Translations under genes and position numbers: made by a program
Shown: positions 52,847 to 64,000 of the stretch, one piece after another
Position numbering within the stretch: position 1 is the stretch's first letter
How the letters are laid out: each line of letters opens with the position of its first letter
The notes under the pieces: model-generated
Databases searched by the model: none
What the model saw: only the letters and a program-made list of their open reading frames with translations
What the model was told of the DNA's origin: nothing
DNA from: Chrysomallon squamiferum
Taxonomy: Eukaryota; Animalia; Mollusca
Direction of reading: 5' to 3'
Assembly (NCBI GenBank): GCA_012295275.1
Contig: CM022667.1
Span: 16,430,001 to 16,494,000 of the forward strand
Length of the DNA: 64,000 nucleotides

Positions 52847-55369
52847 GATAACAAACTGTGTACATGAAAGATAATTTACACAAAAAATTATATATATATA
52901 TAAAAAATAATGAACATTGAATAGCATTATCATATTTTAATATCAGACCGCTACTTGAAAATCAGTGGAAAATTCCGCTCTATTCCATGTTTTCAGCCGT
53001 TATTTAGAGGTCAGGAATTGGTGGCTTTTGTTTAATTAGAAACACTAGGGAAACAAGACATGTTAATTCTTGTCAAGTTTTCATGGACATCATTGACATT
53101 GCTGCAGCTCGTAGTTTATATTATGGCCAATAACTAATGAAAACCACGTTTATGCGAATTAGTCGTACTGAAAAAGAGCTTTGAACATATAGAGGCTGCC
53201 CAGCTTAGTGTTGTTATTTTCTAGATTGCCTCAACGTCCCAACCAATCCCAAGATCTTAGTTTGACATACAACATGAGCAGATCTCTTACAGCGGCATTC
53301 AAACTGGAGAGAAAAGTTATTCCTGCCACCTCAGCACGACGAACCATTTGCAGGAAACTGCAAACAGAGAGGGAAATATTGCTGTATTTTCACAGTTTGC
53401 CGAATATATCTACACAACGTATATTTCCTCTGTTCCGATCATCTGGCTCTCAGCATGGAGCCTTCATCAGATCAGCGTCCTTACAAACAATTTTCACGTT
53501 TACAATGGCGCAAAAATTAGCTCGGTTTATTTCTCTTTCTTTAGACTGAAAGTACTTTGGAAATTATTCCAAGAGAGCTGGGACATAAACACTGTCACTG
53601 TGGCTATCTTGAGGAACCCAGGACTGTATTGGTCAGGTGTGTGAGATGTTATCTGTGTGACTGGGGTGGAAGATATTTCAAGAAAGAAGAGAGAATATCT
53701 GGTAAGGGAGGAAGACGTGTTGGTCAATTATCTGCTTTATAATTACTATACGTCATTTATAATGTTTTACTATAATTGTTTATCGTGTTGTACAATCATC
53801 AAAAGGAATTAAACGTATAACCGAGATCGAACTTGTGTAGTATTTTTTGTGAGGGCGTTATATGTACATATATACACATACAGAGACCAGTTTGAGACAG
53901 GGGACAGAAGTGCACAACAGCATTTCTCTGCTTCTGCGCCGTTGAGCCAACCATAAGTAATAAATTGAATAATGTAATTAGGCTTATATTCACTAGTGTA
54001 AAATGCACTTAATGTATACTGTCTAATACACATCCTGAACTATATTTTTGTTTCAGGGTCTTTATACACCAGTCCACAAATGCCATCACTGAGAGAATAG
54101 TCAGATTTGGAAACAGACAGACTTGTCAGATTTGAAGTACTGAAAAACAGTTAAATTGTGATGCAGATGCATTTTCCAATTAAAGCAGCAAATCGACGAA
54201 ACTATGAAATAGCAGAAAAAGTTACAACAGGAAAGTGCGAAATATTACAACATCTGTCATAAGGTAGTTTACATAACTGTTTTTTTTTTGGGGGGGTTGT
54301 TGTTGTTTTGGGGCATTTTAAAACATTTAATTTTGTTGTGTAATAAAATTTCAAAAATGCAGATAAAGACGAACTGAAGATTATTCGTAGGAGAAGAAAG
54401 AAAGGAATGATTACAACAGAAAACACATTAAGGAACTTAATTACTACAGAACAAGTACTCATGCAGTTATACTTTGAGAGGTGTGATGTTTCCGGGGAGT
54501 TGTCAAGTTGCCAAAGTAGCGGAAGAACAGAAGATGAAAGAATGTCAACACAACATCAGTGGAAAGAGTGAGAGATGTATTATGAAGTAAATTGCGTGGT
54601 GGATAAACACTGACACTATCAGGTTAATTATCATTCAACTTTTGTTGTTCTTCTGTGTGTTTAACTGTAAACTGTTATTAGTGGCCAAAAACAACGAAAG
54701 GTGGGTGATTGTGAAATGTTGGACATGAACGAATGACAGCTGAGAGGTGTTATGTTAGATAGTGTTTTAATATTAGTTAACTGAACTATACTAACATTCC
54801 ATCAGTCGAACTATTTGAACAATATAATATGTAAGGTAAAACTGAAATTAGTAACTGCGGATTAGTCATGAAATTGTGAAAGTTATGGTCTGAGGAATCT
54901 CTCTAAAAATTACTATCGCATAAAGAGGCGTAACTATTTGCGGTCAATTTCTGTCCAAAGTTGAATTTAAAATGATCAGTTCTTTGTTTATTTGTTTGGA
55001 CACACTAATGGCCAGCGATGGTCCTTAGCCAAGGCCTATATAAATGTGTGACATAAACAGTCCTTGTGGTGTCAATTAAGAGCATCTCTATGAGAAAATA
55101 AATTCAAAATAAGGATTCCTGGAGAGATCAGTTGTAATGTAATTATAACAGAGTTAACCATTGACACACTGAATCCTAAAAGAAAGTTAGCAAAACTAAT
55201 TATTTTATTTCACTGAAGATGTGATAATGAATTTAAAGCTAAAGTAAATTTGCAGTCAAAATAAAACTAATTTGTGTGAAAAATAAACATGTTGTTCACA
55301 GAAACTATATAACTGGCTTCTGGAATGAGCAAAACATTATTAACTTCTTGTAACATATCACTGAATTCC

Positions 55370-57330
55370 CAGCTAATGGTCTCACATTTATATATTTTCG
55401 GGATCAGAGAAGGAAGATGAATCACTGATAGAATTATCTTACTGTCTCTCCAAATTACTGAAAAGAGTGAACACGAAAAACACAGCTATGGTGTCCGAGA
55501 AGAATAATACGTTGTCGCATCAATTTGAAGAGAATGTGAGAGACCCAGGTCTTCAAGAAAGGATTAAAACAATTAATCCTGAAGAGAGACGGCATGACCT
55601 TTCTCTAGTACGAGAAGAAGCTTTTAAATTGTCGAAAGATATGGGATGTTCCAGCATTGCAAAACACGAAGTAACATCCAGAAAAGGGGTAACATCAGCA
55701 AAAGTGGTTGCTGATGTTACCTCTTTTCTGCTAACAGATTATATAGTAGAGCTAGGCGAGACTGTTTAAAACATCAAAAGAGATACAAAACCTATCTTAT
55801 ATCTTTGCAAGTACAGCAAACTATTTCTCCACCAGCGTTCAACCTATGAAATGGGCTGTGCCTGAAAAGTTTAAAGATTATCTTCTTGGACATAAATTTA
55901 CCATATATACTTACAAAACCCACTAAGTCACCTTGATACCGCAAAATTCGGTACTTGGGAGCAGAGATGGGTGTCTCAGCTGGAAGTATTTGATTTTGAT
56001 GTGAAATATCATTCAGTGCAACACAATAAGAATGCCAGGAAGGTATTTTTACGAACTGACCTCTACTTCAATGGAAGCTGCGTTGAGAACTACTACTAGT
56101 ATTGAAGTATCACAAACAATGAAACCAGCTAGACTGAGTTAAGGAATAAAAGTCATTTGCACTGTTTAATCAAGTTATGTGTGCCACATCACCATTTCCC
56201 CGCTAGTGTTTAAAAGAACTAGCAGCAATACAGGCAAAATTAATCAGGAGATTGTTACATCACATGATTAGAGGTCAAGTACTGAATTTGGTTTATTAAC
56301 ACTAATCCCAAAATGGGAGAAATTATTTCTTGAAAAGAATTGCTTCACAGAAAAGTAGAAGATCGCAATTTGGGACGTATGAAGCCGATAGTCTTACCAG
56401 GAATGACGAAGGAGAAAACTCGGCATAGTTTACATAATTAGACAGGACTACAATGTTTTTAAAGAACCAGGAGCCTTGTTAGATACTGGCCTGCAATGCA
56501 TGAAGATGTGGAACAACGGTGTAAAGAGTGTGAAAGGTGTGCAGTGGCAAATGAAACTACTGGAACTACGTTTGGGACATCTTCTTGCTATGAGACCTCT
56601 TGAGACTGTATCCTGGATTTCACAGTGTTGGAGCCATTTTCAAGAGAAAATGTCTCAGTCATCACTCAATGTTTTACCAAGTTCGCTGTGGCGGTTCCCT
56701 CGAAAGACCAGAAGGCTTTAACCGCAGCAAAGTTGTTAGTGTCTGAGTAGTTTCAGCAATATGGTGCACCCTAACGATTACACACTGATCAGGGTAGAAA
56801 CTTCGAATCAGAGACTGCAAGTAGTTTATGGAGTGAATAAGAGTAGGACCACACCCTGCCTCTCTGAAGGAACTGGTCAGTGTGAGAGATTCAACAGAAC
56901 ACTGCATCATGCCCTCCTCACAGTTCCCAATGATCGTGACAACAAATGGCCTGAGTACGTGCCTCAATTTACTTATTATTACAATGCTGCAAGTCATTCT
57001 ACAAAATACTTTTCACCGTTTTATTTGATGTTTGGAAGACACGCTCAACTTTCAATCGACTGTATTTTGGGTGGAGACAATGGCGAGAAGCTGAAGAAGA
57101 TACTACCAGAATCGATACAGACAGGAGCACCAAAAGAAGCTAGGTTGTGCCTATTAAAAACAGGGGAGAATACCAGAATATCCAGGGCAGGAAAAACATT
57201 CACGACCACTCAGAAGTCAACTGTGCAGAATCACTGAAATGCTGGATCTTGATGGAAGGTTATATAATGTTGGTCGTTTGGAAGATATAAAATACATCAG
57301 GTGTTGAATAGGTCAGAGATGAAACAGAGT
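55370..57330 (+). mobile_element. Degenerate Gypsy internal region, second copy
   Basis: EQRWVSQLEVFDFDVKY (RNase H/connection); GTGQCERFNRTL and YYYNAASHSTKYFSPFYLMFGR (integrase). Confidence 0.85.
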
Positions 57331-58806
57331 TATGTTACATATAAAGAAAAACATTATTTAATGCAGGATGAACATCAGTCAGGCAAAGCTAAAACTGACC
57401 AGTCTGTTGCATTACATATCGAGTGAGCTTGACGATCCAAATCAACTTTTTGTAAACAATGTAGCACCACCATTTTAAGCTCAGAACGTACCAGGAGCAC
57501 GCTGATACTGACTCAGCGTACCTGCCAGAAATCTCTAACGACCAGGTCACAGATGAGAATGTTTATCCATCTACATTATCAAATGAAAAAGTTTTGATCA
57601 AAGTTAGTTCTACACCAGGCACTTTAAAAGGTAAGTACTGCTTGCAGTCATAGAGATACCGAATAACGTGGGACTCCAAACAAGATAAGCACAGTTGATT
57701 AAGGCAGTAATAAGTCTAGCTAGCCTGACATTTATTTTCAAGCATAACTAGTTTTTTTGAAATTTGTAGATTATGCTTCATAATATAGCATTTAGAAATT
57801 TCGAGTTTAAAGTTCCAATTGCATTTGTTTCTCAGAACAGGTCCATGAATATCACCATGTTTCACCATCTTATGAATGTTGTTGAGGACGTAAATATAAA
57901 GATGCAATAATACCTTTAACGCGTCTGAGGTATATTTCTCTTTGTTTGGACTTGGGGAATTCCTCCATGACATTTGCGAAATTAATATACTGTAAACGCT
58001 GTCTCTGGGGCTATCTTTAGGAATGCAGAACAGAATGGTCTGCCAGTGGTGTTATCAGTTTGACTGGGGCGAAAGATATTTTAAAAGAGAAGAGATAATG
58101 TCTGTGTTGTACAATCATAAAGAGGAATTAAAGCTATAATCGAGACCGAACTTGTGTACTTTTTTTTATGAGGGTGCTTTATGCATATACATATACAGGG
58201 ACCAGTTTGAGACTGTGGACTGAAGTGCACAACAGCAATTCCCTGTGTGTCCGCGGTTGTACGAACCAGAAATCACAGATAAAATAATGTAATTAGGCTT
58301 ATAGGCTACGTAAAGGGTTGATTGTGTAAAATGTATTTAATATAGACTGCGTAATATACATCTTGAAATATAAAGAAATACACACTTTTATGCACAGATG
58401 TCTGGGATGTATTTAAATATATTGAAATATATTGTCAGTGTCCGAGATATAAAATATAAGATGTTCCCTGAAACATTAAAACTATTTCAAGGGTTTCACG
58501 GGGGCAAAAATTTGAGAAACCCCGATTGTATCATGCAGACGGAACGAGCAGTATTATACTGCTAGCACATACATTACTGCTTCTCTCTTTTCACGGTTTC
58601 GGATTCCCTTTTCAACTGTGTTTCATTTAACAGCCTTGCATGATACGCACGATGTATTTTTGATTGTATCGTTGTAAGAGCTGCTTTTCATTCAGAGTAG
58701 TTCACCGAAACGACATGCGCGCGATGAGTAACGTCCCTCGACAGAACAGACTGACACTAGTCTCTCTATGCGAGCGTAAAATACCTTGTTTTTTTCTTAC
58801 CTGCAG

Positions 58807-58912
58807 AGCACAGGTTACGTACGAATCAATGGCTAAAAAAGGTGCACGATGTTACTGTGTGGATGAATGAAGAAGGACAAGTTCTAGAAGGATCGTGCGA
58901 GTGTGTAGCAGG
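58807..58912 (+). pseudogene. SWIM zinc-finger exon relic (transposon accessory gene)
   Basis: Flanked by cag| and |gtaagt. Encodes AQVTYESMAKK, then (frameshift) VHDVTVWMNEEGQVLEGSCECVAG, matching the pre-SWIM CxCxAG pattern. Confidence 0.6.
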
Positions 58913-59539
58913 GTAAGTTTCCTTCAATTGTTTATAATATTTTATTATTATGAAAACGCATGCATAGATGTTATAAATTCATCCTCCTACTCAAAATCTG
59001 GGAATGGGCGTGGGTTTATGTATGTATGTATATATAAAAATATACATAATATGTTTACTTGAAACACATGCATGCATTAATACTGTAAATACCTCCCAAT
59101 GTCAAAATCAGGGCGTGTATCTGCGTCTCTGTATAGTGTGTAGGTATATATTGCGTGTGTTTGTTTGTCTGTATATATTTATGTGTGTGCGTATGTAAAT
59201 AAAACATTTATTTTGGAGTGACATATAATTGTTATATTGAAATCTGTACTTTACTCATCCAATCACAGACAAACCTAGATACTTGTACAACACCTACGAA
59301 GTGTTTGTAACTACAAGCAACAAACACCTCAACTAGTTGCGGTAGACTGAACAATTAATAACATAACTGAAATAATTGTTCCTTTTATTTGGTTTCGCCA
59401 TGCCCAATTGACATCGTTCACTTTATAAAATTAAATTGGATCATTCCTCGCTCTTGTTACTTGTTTTTGACATCCTACGTGTTATGACAATTTCCCGTCC
59501 CATATTCAAGGTGGGCATATAGTCCAAATTTTGTGTCGT

Positions 59540-59697
59540 TTATGACCTCCCACCTCAAAATGTGCCGAACAAACCCTCGTGTCTGCAGTAACATTAAAAT
59601 CTTGTTCATTTCTATGTGAAGTGATTACCCACAAAGGTTTCCGATTTGCATTGGCTGGATTATTTCCCGGACTTACAGCATGATTGTTTTCGCACAC
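59540..59697 (-). pseudogene. THAP-domain relic (DNA transposase N-terminus)
   Basis: KPLWVITSHRNEQDFNVTADTRVCSAHFE matches the THAP W..R....VCSxHF signature. Confidence 0.65.
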
Positions 59698-60083
59698 CCG
59701 TCCCCCAGTTTGCGAGATCTCGCGAGATCTCGCGACTTGCGTCCTCTACCTACTCTGTTGGCTAAGAGCTTTGTATTAAACAAAGCGTGATTATCATTTC
59801 CATGCGTTTAGTCAGAGCGGACAAATGCAAATAAGAACTAAACACACACCCCCACACACACACACACACACATACACAACCACAGACACGTCTAAGATCT
59901 AAGTAGAAAGACGAATTCCATTTATATTTTATATACGTTTTATATATTTCACGTTTATTCTATGTAATACTTTAAATAATTTTGTGCTTGAAATAAAGTT
60001 TGTGAATACAAAACTGTATAAAATTGTAAAATGCGACTATTTTTGCCGCTCGGATTTCCGAATATATATATATGTGTGTATAT

Positions 60084-60115
<32 letters not shown>

Positions 60116-60133
60116 TGAAATTTTGAATATATA

Positions 60134-60213
<80 letters not shown>

Positions 60214-60248
60214 GGTTATTCTAATATTCGGAAATTCGGAAAATTCGG

Positions 60249-60300
<52 letters not shown>

Positions 60301-61021
60301 CATTTTTGATCAAATTGGTGTAGACATGCTGAAAAATGGAACTGTACAAAAATGTAGTACACCATTAATTTCAGAACCAAAACAACTAGCAATCATAATA
60401 AAATTAACTGAACTGCACTACCGCTGCAAATAGATACCAGCACGTTTTTCCTTAACAGAAACTCAGGATATATATCATTATAAAAATTTCATATTTAACT
60501 ATTAACTGTTGCAAGAATATTTTCGAGTTTCTGAAGGATAATCAACTAATATTTATCAAATTCGCACATACGTAAAGAAAAAAAAGAGAAAAACTTACCA
60601 TTCTCCATATTGTTCGAATTATTATATTTTAAGTTTCACAGTTGAACTTCAATGTTGTCTTGTATAATGCGCACAGAAAAGGCGTTTAACGTTATATATA
60701 TTATCAGTTGTCATAGGTTACAACTTTATTATGCAAATGGATCGATACTTGGTTGTTAAGTTACCTGTAGGCGTTTCTGTAAGACTTCTGTGCATATTGA
60801 TTTCACGATACACAAGGTGACACACCTTGGCTGAGCTGTAGCAGTGTAAACGTGTCTGATCACAGACAAAGCAGGTTAACGTGTTGACATTTCACACAGA
60901 TTCCCCTCTATCTGATGCTGACCGTGGTTCACTGGCTCCATTCAGGTGCGATTTGTTTCAGATATCAAACTGTGTACGTGGAAGATAATTTACACAAAAA
61001 CATTATGTATATATATAAATG

Positions 61022-61053
<32 letters not shown>

Positions 61054-62312
61054 TGTATGTATGTATGTATGTATGTATGCATGCATGCATGTTTACCTGC
61101 TTGTGCTCTGTGCAGAGGCAATCAGTAATATATACTAGCACGTACATTATTGCTTTCTTTCTTTGATTTTTTCTTTCTTCCTATCTTCGCCATTTCGTGT
61201 TCTTCCCTTGTTCTTTATTAAGCAGAGAAATTCACACTGATAATTAGATACACTATACAGTTAGCAATAATTAAGAAAAATCAACAAAAATCCTGAATTT
61301 CAACGAAACAAAATGTCCCCTAAAGCAGTAAGACACCACATCAAAAGATAAAACAAAACAAAAGTTAAGACGGACCTTTTTATTCATTCATTTATCCATT
61401 TCTTAGGTGCATATTTTTTTCTTCTAAAACATAATGAACATTGAATAGCATTATTATATTTTAATATCAGACCGCTACTTGAAAATCAGTGGAAAATTCC
61501 GCTCTATTCCATGTGTTCAGCCGTTACGTAGAATCTGACAACCGACCAACATTATTCTAACATGGATTAATGCCAATAATGTTTAGTTAACAAGAAGTGT
61601 ATATGTATCTGAAAAACTGACCAGGAGCGGCCCGTGCTTCTTTATAAGCCCACCTGTCATAAATGATAGCAAATAAATAATTAAAATAACACTAATAATG
61701 TTTTAAAAATGAAAAGTTTAAAAGAAAAATAAATAAATAAATAAATGAATAAATAAGAAAAGAAGTGAGAGATTGAGTTAGATGTATGTCTCCAAAAAGA
61801 TATTTATTTATTTATTTTATTTTTTAAAAGGTGAAGAAGAAAGCCTTAATACGTTTAGTGAATAACTTGCAAAGTAACAGAATAAAATATTTTACTTGGT
61901 TTTTCACTTATCTCCCTGTAAAGCGGTGAACATATGGCAATGTTTTAATTTTTTTTATTGTTTTTTATTTTTTAACCAGATGCACTTTTTTTACTTTTTG
62001 ATTAATGAGGCCGTTATGTACTAATTAATGCTTATTTATTTATGTTTGTTTTTTTATTTATCTATTATTATAATTCATGACAAAAATAACAGAAATTTAA
62101 CACATTACACAAATCATGACAGTATTCACTGAATATACAAAAACAGGTCTGAAATGCATAAGCACTGTCATGTCTACAGTTTGTACATAAGTGTTATATC
62201 AGTGACTGCATAGTAACTCAGTACATCTGACAATGAATTATGTAATTAAATAGTGAATAATCATGTACCAAGTAGTTTTATTTTGCTAAAACAGATAAAT
62301 TAAGATTTATTG

Positions 62313-62360
<48 letters not shown>

Positions 62361-62370
62361 TGTATGTATG

Positions 62371-62404
<34 letters not shown>

Positions 62405-63199
62405 TACTGACAGATGAATATTAAGTAAAATATAAAAATAATTATAAACATATATTACATCTAGAAAATTATTTCTAAGGCAAATGCAGAGCTTTTCAGT
62501 CAAAACGATTATTATTCTTTTGAAATAGAATTACAATGTTTCTGAATGGGTTCCTCCAGAATTCTTTTCAGTGAATAGGCTTTTGTGTATTTTTGACCTG
62601 GATTCATATATGTGTGTGTCTCTGTGTGTCATAGGAACGTCGTTACTATGTTATTAAATGCAATGTCAGTGTGTGTGTTATTCCAGAGCCTTATTACTTA
62701 AGGAATGAAATAATAGTTTCAGCTCTTAACTACTTCTAAAAAATAATTTCAAAAAACAACAACAACAGATGTTGTATGTAAACAATTGTTATTGATTAGT
62801 TTGTTTAAACTGGATAAATGCTGGATATTGCGTTATTATTGGGATCTTATGTTTTCATACTTTAAACTCACATTTCTAGTGCCAGGTAAAAAGCTAGGAA
62901 ATTGTTTGATCGTGCCTTTTCATTTTTATAATGCATTTGACAAATAATTATTCTCATTCTAATTCTGATTTTAAAAACAAATAAATAACAACAACAACAA
63001 CAACAACAATAATAATAACAGTAATAAGGAAATAGAAAACAAAAATAAATAAATACATAAATAATAGTGAACCCTAATACAATCGGTTGTTATTGTTTTT
63101 ATCGATTATTTTTTGTCTGACTGATCAGATTATAATGGATTAGCTAACTAAATTATCGATTAAGATGACAAGATTAACATAAGACATTTTTAACAAGAA

Positions 63200-63240
63200 G
63201 CGGGTCTCGCGGGTTACACGGGTTCGATTCTCAGTCGATT
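63200..63240 (+). pseudogene. tRNA-Gly 3'-half relic
   Basis: cgcgggttacacgggttcgattctcagtcgat (B-box). The ~90 bp upstream (63107-63200) are homologous to the flank of the 34612 copy. Confidence 0.65.
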
Positions 63241-64000
63241 ATTATCTTTCCTGTTTGTGTCAGCGACAGAACAAAAGTTGGAGATCGTCCTTTAATTATT
63301 TTTTTCATTAAGATTTGATGGATGAGTGTCTTTCTTGTGGCTCTCAATAATTAGAATATTTGTACTTTGTCTAAAAATGTAAAATAGCAGGTAGAGAAAT
63401 ACATATACCATATTCAAAACAGACTTTCATTTTCTTTAAAAATATATTAAAAATAATATATTTTTTCTAGAATTCAAAGATGATGTACATATTTTTAAAT
63501 AACGTTTAGTAAACAAAAGGAAATCAGTATCCCTCACTCATCAAGATGTGTAAATATATAAGTACGATAAAAATACGTAAGTGTTCACTGAAGATAATCA
63601 TAGTTAAGCTGCGAATATCTAGCTGGCAAAACACTAACAGAATATTCCAAAAACAAATATAAACGCTGACAGTTTGGAAATGAACTGGCTGCAGTGAAGA
63701 CAGGGAAAGTGGATGATAAGAAAGAAACATCAGCTGTGAGTAGTGTTAAGAAAGAAGCGGTCTCCATGGAAACCTTATTAGCAGACCCAACACAGCGTGG
63801 ATTAGGCTTGCCTGAAAGTACAGCTGATGAAACCGTTTGTGAGGCTGCAACAGAGAACAAAACAGACAAGCTGCACATGTTAAAGATGTGGAAGATGTGA
63901 ACAGTAGAAACAGAATGAGTTAGTGCGGAAATCACAGTAAGCTGTGAATGTTTGTAATGGATTATTAATTTTCTTTATAACGTTATTGTTCTTTTTAAAT

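Larger units (their letters stand above)
44021..53000 (+). repeat. Tandem duplication unit 1 (~9 kb)
   Basis: Starts ttatttagaggtcagg; ends ...cagccgtta; collinear with 53000-61526. Confidence 0.88.
53000..61526 (+). repeat. Tandem duplication unit 2 (~8.5 kb)
   Basis: Same start and end strings as unit 1. The first ~950 bp are near-identical; the rest is visibly more diverged. Confidence 0.88.

Overview
AT-rich, microsatellite-dense animal genomic DNA with spliceosomal introns. It is probably from an invertebrate, and a mollusc/lophotrochozoan origin is only an inference. There is a 200-N assembly gap at 8784-8983. Host genes reconstructed by hand from splice sites: (i) a 4-EF-hand calmodulin-like gene on the minus strand in two copies inside a ~7.7 kb duplication (1033-8783 vs 23666-31358); (ii) an alpha-carbonic anhydrase on the plus strand (6 visible coding exons, 19172-21971); (iii) a TRPV5/6-like ankyrin ion channel on the minus strand with an intronless CDS (43307-41143) and one 1-bp frameshift. 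There are four identical tRNA-Gly(GCC) genes, three decayed tRNA-Gly copies, and a tRNA 5' half fused to the 5' end of a Tx1/L1 retrotransposon. Other mobile relics are a Tx1/L1 ORF2 just downstream of a tRNA-Gly pseudogene, two Gypsy relics, and a SWIM+THAP (Kolobok-like) relic. The Gypsy and Kolobok-like relics lie in a second, ~8.5-9 kb tandem duplication upstream of the TRPV gene. The most notable observations are the co-location of a Ca2+ sensor, a carbonic anhydrase and a candidate Ca2+ channel, and the apparent tRNA association of the Tx1 elements. Most ORFs in the supplied track are microsatellite artefacts.
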